Source: an uncultured virus (IMG/VR IMGVR_UViG_3300037189_026208) (lineage: Duplodnaviria > Heunggongvirae > Uroviricota > Caudoviricetes). From it: a DNA stretch of 20,000 bases. The stretch spans positions 54,423 to 74,422 of IMG/VR virus record IMGVR_UViG_3300037189_026208, one strand, 5' to 3'. The notes under the pieces were generated by a model. That model was given only the letters and a program-made list of their open reading frames with translations, had not been told where the DNA came from and did not search any database. This document shows, piece after piece, positions 15,370 through 20,000 of this stretch (position 1 is the first letter of the stretch; each line of letters opens with the position of its first letter). The translations under genes were made by a program, and so were the position numbers.

Positions 15370-15932
15370 AGTTTTCGATCATCATATTCAACAACACCCT
15401 TTTCGTCTCTATAAAGCTCAATTAGGTATTTGTTTCCAATATAGAAGTTAGAACGTTCATCTTGAGAAATAGAATCTCTATTACAATCGGTATAACAATT
15501 AGGCGTCTCATATAGACGAACATTCTCAATCCAAAGATTAGGATACTTGTTAAAGAGAATATCCATAGCCAGGAATACTTCTTTAGCAATATTCTCTACC
15601 GATGGATTGCAGTAATTACCTGGACCATTCAATGTCATAATCCAGAGCTTGGTACCTAAATCATTAACAGCCTTGATGAGTGTCCTATCATGACAATTGA
15701 GAATAGCTCCATGATCGAGCTTATCATCAATCCATTGACATCCTACTCTCTTAATCTCCTTGAAGTCTACAGCATATCCGATCTCTTCAATTGTATCAAA
15801 GCCAAAGGTTAGTTCATAAAGATATGTATGCCCATGAACATGAAAGCATTTCATCCGCTCATTCATTACCCGATGCATTACATCGAACGATCCCTTTCTA
15901 GTAATAGTCTGTTTAGTACTCATACTCTTCAT
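15366..15932 (-). CDS. queD: 6-carboxy-5,6,7,8-tetrahydropterin synthase (QueD/PTPS family)
   Basis: FDVMH, CFHVHGH metal motif, VDFKEIK, LDH, PSVENIA, VRLYETP; true start may be 15923. Confidence 0.9.
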   Translation of the reverse strand: MKSMSTKQTITRKGSFDVMHRVMNERMKCFHVHGHTYLYELTFGFDTIEEIGYAVDFKEIKRVGCQWIDDKLDHGAILNCHDRTLIKAVNDLGTKLWIMTLNGPGNYCNPSVENIAKEVFLAMDILFNKYPNLWIENVRLYETPNCYTDCNRDSISQDERSNFYIGNKYLIELYRDEKGVVEYDDRKL

Positions 15933-16139
15933 CTATTATAGATTCAACCCTTTTGAAATCAATAATAATAGGTATTTGCAGGGAGATCCTACTATTCCTT
16001 CAAATAAACCCTGAATTCCCCATTATTCAACACTTATTTCGACGTTGAATATCAACGACTTACGACAGCAAAAGCACGTATATTATTTATTGAAAAATCC
16101 TTTGTTTTTTACAGATTTCCCCTAAAAATCACTACTTTT

Positions 16140-16415
16140 TCACAGAATTCCCACAAAATCCTGGAAATTCTCCTGTGTTTTCTCTGATAATTCCTTAATA
16201 ATACTATAGTTTTTCGGGAACATTTTACAGATTTCCGCTACTTGATCCCTGTCTGTTGAACCATCCTGGTAACGAACATCTATCTTACACATTAAACTAC
16301 TAGGGAATATAGTTTGCATTTCCGTTACTTGTACGGTCATAATTCTTCCGTCATAGTAATAATCAAACCAGTCCCCAGGCTTGAGATTACTAACAAATGA
16401 TAGGTTATCGAACAT
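16140..16415 (-). CDS. tag-family protein, SH3-like core
   Basis: SNLKPGD...LSEKTQENFQDFVGIL; TTGAAC-17-TAGTAT-6-ATG. Confidence 0.82.
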   Translation of the reverse strand: MFDNLSFVSNLKPGDWFDYYYDGRIMTVQVTEMQTIFPSSLMCKIDVRYQDGSTDRDQVAEICKMFPKNYSIIKELSEKTQENFQDFVGIL

Positions 16416-16470
16416 GAATATATACTAGAGGAATTTGATTTATAGTTCAACTATAAAATAAATATAACCG

Positions 16471-16794
16471 ATGAACTTCGAGGATCTTGTTGTAGAGGCT
16501 ATACATAACAAATATGTTAAGTTTGATATAGAGATTCTTAGTGGTCCTTACCCTGGTGAACATTACGGGTGGTTGGAAGAGTGTCAAGTATACAAAGCAA
16601 GAATTTTTGATAATACAAACGTTCAATTAATCTATCAACCGAGTAGGGATTATGTTGGTGCGAAGAATTTTGACGTCTGGTGGTTTGGTCGGGAGGCTGG
16701 ATTTGACGAACAGGCCAAAGCAGCTATAATAAAATACAATATGTCAAAGGAAGCTAAGGGATCATTTGGTGACTTCTTAGACGCCATATCATGA
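16471..16794 (+). CDS. tag-family protein (plus strand)
   Basis: MNFEDLVVEA...MSKEAKGSFGDFLDAIS. Confidence 0.88.
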   Translation: MNFEDLVVEAIHNKYVKFDIEILSGPYPGEHYGWLEECQVYKARIFDNTNVQLIYQPSRDYVGAKNFDVWWFGREAGFDEQAKAAIIKYNMSKEAKGSFGDFLDAIS

Positions 16795-17117
16795 GCTTAA
16801 ACGTAGAAATAATTCCCAGAAGAACGTACGATACAAGTTACGGATTCAAGCGTTACAGTTGTAAGATATCCGGATCTGTAGACGGAATTGATATCAATAA
16901 TGCACTACCTTGGCAGAAAGGTGTCTTCCAAGTAGAAATATGGCATAATGGCTCCTGTCGACTACCTGCTTTAGATCAAGTTCCAGAGATTCCCTACCCT
17001 AAAACCTATCACAAGTTTTGTGCTGAAGTTAAGAAAGCTATTGAAGACCAGGAGCTAATATCCTCACTATCGCCGGAAACAGGCGATGCTTTCAAAGACC
17101 TTATTAGTATAACTTAG
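16791..17117 (+). CDS. tag-family protein (plus strand)
   Basis: Ends KAIEDQELISSLSPETGDAFKDLISIT; ATGA overlap. Confidence 0.85.
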   Translation: MSLNVEIIPRRTYDTSYGFKRYSCKISGSVDGIDINNALPWQKGVFQVEIWHNGSCRLPALDQVPEIPYPKTYHKFCAEVKKAIEDQELISSLSPETGDAFKDLISIT

Positions 17118-17278
17118 AAACCGGCCTGATCTAGAAAAGCAACAGCACCTTGAATAAGACCGATAGCAATATCAGGTTTATTGTTTTGATTGAGGCTTCT
17201 AACATCATTAAGGAGATTCTTAAGTCTCTCAATTAGAGCAATAAGCTGCTCTTTAGAATATTCGTTTGATTTAGGCAT
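17114..17278 (-). CDS. 54-aa helical microprotein (not in ORF track)
   Basis: MPKSNEYSKEQLIALIERLKNLLNDV...; TAAATA 6 nt upstream. Confidence 0.75.
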   Translation of the reverse strand: MPKSNEYSKEQLIALIERLKNLLNDVRSLNQNNKPDIAIGLIQGAVAFLDQAGF

Positions 17279-17406
17279 ATAAGTTATTTAACTATAGGTT
17301 TTTCCTTTTCAACCTTTTTATTGTGTTCTCTATCAATAGTTAGGAACAGTCTTTTAATTTTCTCCCTCTTAAGTTTCTTCTTTTTAGAGGGAGAACTCAT
17401 TCAATA

Positions 17407-17631
17407 TTATTTAGGCAAATATGTCTTAGTTATCATTGATATAATCATATCATGGTCATGATGATAACTAGAATCGTCTTCATAATCAAAACGATCAAAC
17501 GAACCATTACTAAACGTAATATAAATTGCCTTTACATCTTCACCTTCAGGACTATCAATAAACATAATCCTTTGAGCAAAAGCTAAATTAACGTATTGAT
17601 TTTGAAGTTTTACAAAGTTTGGAGATTGCAT
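17407..17631 (-). CDS. hypothetical protein
   Basis: 74 aa; FVKL...YVNL..I pattern. Confidence 0.75.
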   Translation of the reverse strand: MQSPNFVKLQNQYVNLAFAQRIMFIDSPEGEDVKAIYITFSNGSFDRFDYEDDSSYHHDHDMIISMITKTYLPK

Positions 17632-17767
17632 AATACAAAAATATAATAGCTCTTTTTATTTCTTTAGCAAGTGATATAATGAAATAAGGTATAACTGTTA
17701 CATAGATAGCCCATATGATTATTAGCATTAGGTTCCTTACAGCGTTTTCAGACCAATCAGGGTACAT
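17588..17767 (-). CDS. 59-aa membrane microprotein (not in ORF track)
   Basis: MYPDWSENAVRNLMLIIIWAIYVTVIPYFIISL...; overlaps both neighbours. Confidence 0.45.
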   Translation of the reverse strand: MYPDWSENAVRNLMLIIIWAIYVTVIPYFIISLAKEIKRAIIFLYYAISKLCKTSKSIR

Positions 17768-17972
17768 AATCTACCTCCTCGACACGTCTTACCTCAAGTC
17801 CAAAATCAACTCTAATAGGCTTCCCTACTACATGATTGCTTTCATCTATTGCTCTTACAATAATACAACAAGGATCCTTTAGGTCCATCTGAACCATTCC
17901 AGCATCCATAATATAAACAGATTCGTTTTCTAAACCACAATCAGGAGCATGATCTACTCTTACTGCTTTCAT
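17757..17972 (-). CDS. hypothetical protein
   Basis: 71 aa; ATGA coupling. Confidence 0.75.
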   Translation of the reverse strand: MKAVRVDHAPDCGLENESVYIMDAGMVQMDLKDPCCIIVRAIDESNHVVGKPIRVDFGLEVRRVEEVDYVP

Positions 17973-18202
17973 GATGATCTAGGAAGGTATACTGCACTAA
18001 TGTTATCAGACTCTATACCAAGAGATCTTACTTCCTGGTACTCTCCATCGTACCAATGTTTGTCTTGTTTTGGATAAAAGCTAAGGCCAGTAACAATTTC
18101 AATTTTCTTTACTTCGTCATATCCAGTTTCATATCCATCCACGAGAACAATTTGCTCAGGATCATACTTTTGTAGTTGCTCTAATAGTTCTTTAACTTTC
18201 AT
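17969..18202 (-). CDS. small phage protein, MKVKEL...L family
   Basis: MKVKELLEQLQKYDPEQIVLVDGYETGY. Confidence 0.8.
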   Translation of the reverse strand: MKVKELLEQLQKYDPEQIVLVDGYETGYDEVKKIEIVTGLSFYPKQDKHWYDGEYQEVRSLGIESDNISAVYLPRSS

Positions 18203-18477
18203 ATTTTCCAGGTTGTTTTGCCTCCAAAGTGACCACAGGTTTCACAAGAGCCTTTATCAGACTCGTAATCATCATATTGAAGACAATAGAGAAGATCATC
18301 TACAGATGTTTGGTTCTTCTTAATAGCTTCCTTTAGTTGACCAAGTAAATAATCTATCAGTTCTTCGTTCTGTTCAAGATACTCTCCTTCTTTTAGCCAC
18401 TCTCCATTTACACACCATGCTGGACCAAAGCAGGACTTTTCATCTTTAATGATTATATATTTGTGTTCGTCAGACAT
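18199..18477 (-). CDS. hypothetical protein with C-terminal CxxC
   Basis: SCETCGH. Confidence 0.8.
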   Translation of the reverse strand: MSDEHKYIIIKDEKSCFGPAWCVNGEWLKEGEYLEQNEELIDYLLGQLKEAIKKNQTSVDDLLYCLQYDDYESDKGSCETCGHFGGKTTWKI

Positions 18478-18779
18478 TAGAGTGATGGCTTATTTGTTCC
18501 AATATCTTCAGCTACATAAGGACATTGCATCTTAATCCATTTGCTAGAAGGATATTCTTTAAAAGATACATAACCATCTGTACCCCAGGGATAACCTTTT
18601 GAATAGTAGGTCTGCTGAACCTCTCCATTAATGTTTAGTCTTTGAATCTTATAGTAATGTACCTGAGGTCGATCGAAATAAGCACATCCTGTAAAAAACA
18701 AAATAGGTACAAGTGGTATAGCTATTATAAAAGCTATTACTTTTACCTCAAACCAGAATGTTTTAGATTTGTTAGTCAT
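18477..18779 (-). CDS. membrane-anchored or lipoprotein-like protein (start revised to MTNKSK)
   Basis: Hydrophobic stretch ending FTGC. Confidence 0.75.
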   Translation of the reverse strand: MTNKSKTFWFEVKVIAFIIAIPLVPILFFTGCAYFDRPQVHYYKIQRLNINGEVQQTYYSKGYPWGTDGYVSFKEYPSSKWIKMQCPYVAEDIGTNKPSL

Positions 18780-18780
18780 A

Positions 18781-18963
18781 CTACTCAACCTTCTCACCAG
18801 GAATCTTTCCAATGTCTAAGAAGACAGAATGAGGATGAGTATCTTTGTAGGTGACTAGATCAATACCAAACACATTAAAGACATTATTGGACTTACTAGC
18901 ACAATAAACATCTGCATCAGGATCTTGAAGCTCGAGAGCATGAATGAGTTCTTTTACTGTCAT
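18781..18963 (-). CDS. small phage protein, MTVKELI..L family
   Basis: MTVKELIHALELQDPDADV; TTGACT-16-TAGAAT-6-ATG. Confidence 0.75.
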   Translation of the reverse strand: MTVKELIHALELQDPDADVYCASKSNNVFNVFGIDLVTYKDTHPHSVFLDIGKIPGEKVE

Positions 18964-19000
18964 ATGATAATTCTATATGATTATCTTTTTGAGTCAAGCA

Positions 19001-19423
19001 CTAAATCTTATTCAGTAAAGAAGCTGATGAGTTTAGGTCCTGTTGACCCCAATCAACTAAAAGAGCATTGACACCAGCTTGTTCAGCACAGATGCACACC
19101 TCAACACTATCATCAATATGAAGGGTACTCTTAAGGTTCAAAAGAGTCTGAGTCTTTGATCTGCCTTCTGTACTAATAACAGACTTGATAGGGAGGTTGT
19201 AGAGCTTAATCAGATCATGACACTCTGGAATATGTTCAGGCATTCTAAATGTTACAACATGAATCTCAAAACCCTCTTCATGCTTTTCTCTAACAAAGTC
19301 ATGGACTCTCTTTACAGGTTCTGGATCGAAGCCAGATGATATCCAAAGAGCTCCAGAACCATATTGATATGCTGGATCCTCAAACAGAGTGTCGTCAAAG
19401 TCGACTGTGATTACTGGCTTCAT
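19001..19423 (-). CDS. HAD-superfamily hydrolase/phosphatase
   Basis: VDFDDTL (DxD), VVT, conserved K, HIDDS motifs. Confidence 0.85.
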   Translation of the reverse strand: MKPVITVDFDDTLFEDPAYQYGSGALWISSGFDPEPVKRVHDFVREKHEEGFEIHVVTFRMPEHIPECHDLIKLYNLPIKSVISTEGRSKTQTLLNLKSTLHIDDSVEVCICAEQAGVNALLVDWGQQDLNSSASLLNKI

Positions 19424-19518
19424 TTTGTAAAAAGGTTTCTAATCAATTTATAGCTCACATAGGATGTAATTACAATAAAAAAGATAAACAGAAATATATC
19501 TGGTTCAGTTATATACAT
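19420..19518 (-). CDS. 32-aa single-TM microprotein (not in ORF track)
   Basis: MYITEPDIFLFIFFIVITSYVSYKLIRNLFTK; ATGA overlap with the HAD gene. Confidence 0.55.
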   Translation of the reverse strand: MYITEPDIFLFIFFIVITSYVSYKLIRNLFTK

Positions 19519-19539
19519 ATCCTATATGCTCTAGAAGGA

Positions 19540-19764
19540 CTAGTCAAGAGAATCTTCAGCAACTTCTGGTTTAAAGTCTTTAGGAATGTTATCATCTAAC
19601 CACTCTTTTGGTCTCTCTGTAAACTTTCCTTCTTCTCCTAACAGACTAAAATAAGCACATTCCAATCCAATAAGCATACCATACATATACTCATTGCAGT
19701 TGTAGTTGCCATTCTGCTTTTGGATGTCAATAAGACCTTTAATCTTTTCAGCTGCTTCTTTCAT
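19540..19764 (-). CDS. hypothetical phage protein
   Basis: GNYNCNEYMYGMLIGLE. Confidence 0.8.
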   Translation of the reverse strand: MKEAAEKIKGLIDIQKQNGNYNCNEYMYGMLIGLECAYFSLLGEEGKFTERPKEWLDDNIPKDFKPEVAEDSLD

Positions 19765-20000
19765 AATGTTATAGGTAAAGTAGTCTTTGTACCATCATAA
19801 GCTACATGGTATACTGGAGTTGCTTCTCTAATAACTCTAACACCACCACAGACATTATCTTCATCTCTAATTGGAACAACTTCACAGTCTGGTCCTTTAT
19901 ATGGAACATAAGCAATGTCTTTTCCAAAATGAGGATCAATGTTTGGAGGTACTGGAACAGTTGGAAGAGTTCTCCAAATGTTTTGATTCTTTATGATCTC
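19761..20000 (-). CDS. partial CDS, 5' end outside window
   Basis: Open frame EIIKNQNIWRTLPTVPVPP...TLPITL*; ATGA overlap. Confidence 0.7.
   Translation of the reverse strand, partial: EIIKNQNIWRTLPTVPVPPNIDPHFGKDIAYVPYKGPDCEVVPIRDEDNVCGGVRVIREATPVYHVAYDGTKTTLPITL

Noticed and set aside
16020..16066. TTCAACACTTA / TCAACGACTTA pair and CGTTGA-ATA-TCAACG palindrome as a dif-like site
   Set aside because: Does not fit the 11-6-11 dif layout; too short to interpret.
17360..17395. TTCTCCCTCT/AGAGGGAGAA hairpin as a terminator
   Set aside because: The stem is real but neither strand has a following U-tract.
815..18854. Plus-strand ORFs at 815, 3234, 8508, 9039, 10117, 10965, 11374, 11621, 12059, 12162, 13532, 13790, 18642
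   Set aside because: Antisense shadows of better-supported minus-strand genes, with no initiation signals.
1..20000. Stop-codon recoding
   Set aside because: The standard code gives dense, abutting genes, TAA, TAG and TGA all end credible genes, and there is no suppressor tRNA in the window.

Overview
This window looks like an accessory region of a large, AT-rich dsDNA phage, probably T4-like (inferred from TA(T)AAATA late-promoter motifs and T4-style N-terminal leaders). It has dense, mostly minus-strand small ORFs, four tRNAs (Glu, Tyr, Asn, Gln), queD, a SAM methyltransferase and a HAD phosphatase. The main feature is a family of 17 genes (19 motif copies) whose products have divergent cores and a shared C-terminal tag (aI..[WY]e...LS.dT..sF.[GD]LLDvl); most also have a leader resembling a T4 capsid-targeting sequence. 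Ten form a tandem array (1718-5411) in which the tag DNA also supplies the Shine-Dalgarno and ATG of the next gene. One gene fuses three units, and six more members lie at 13.8-17.1 kb. Also present: a twister ribozyme (407-471, minus) inside a small unit with its own promoter and terminator; a block of probable early genes, many with their own sigma70-type promoter placed for leaderless mRNA; and several microproteins missing from the ORF track. All calls are from manual reading; no database searches were run.
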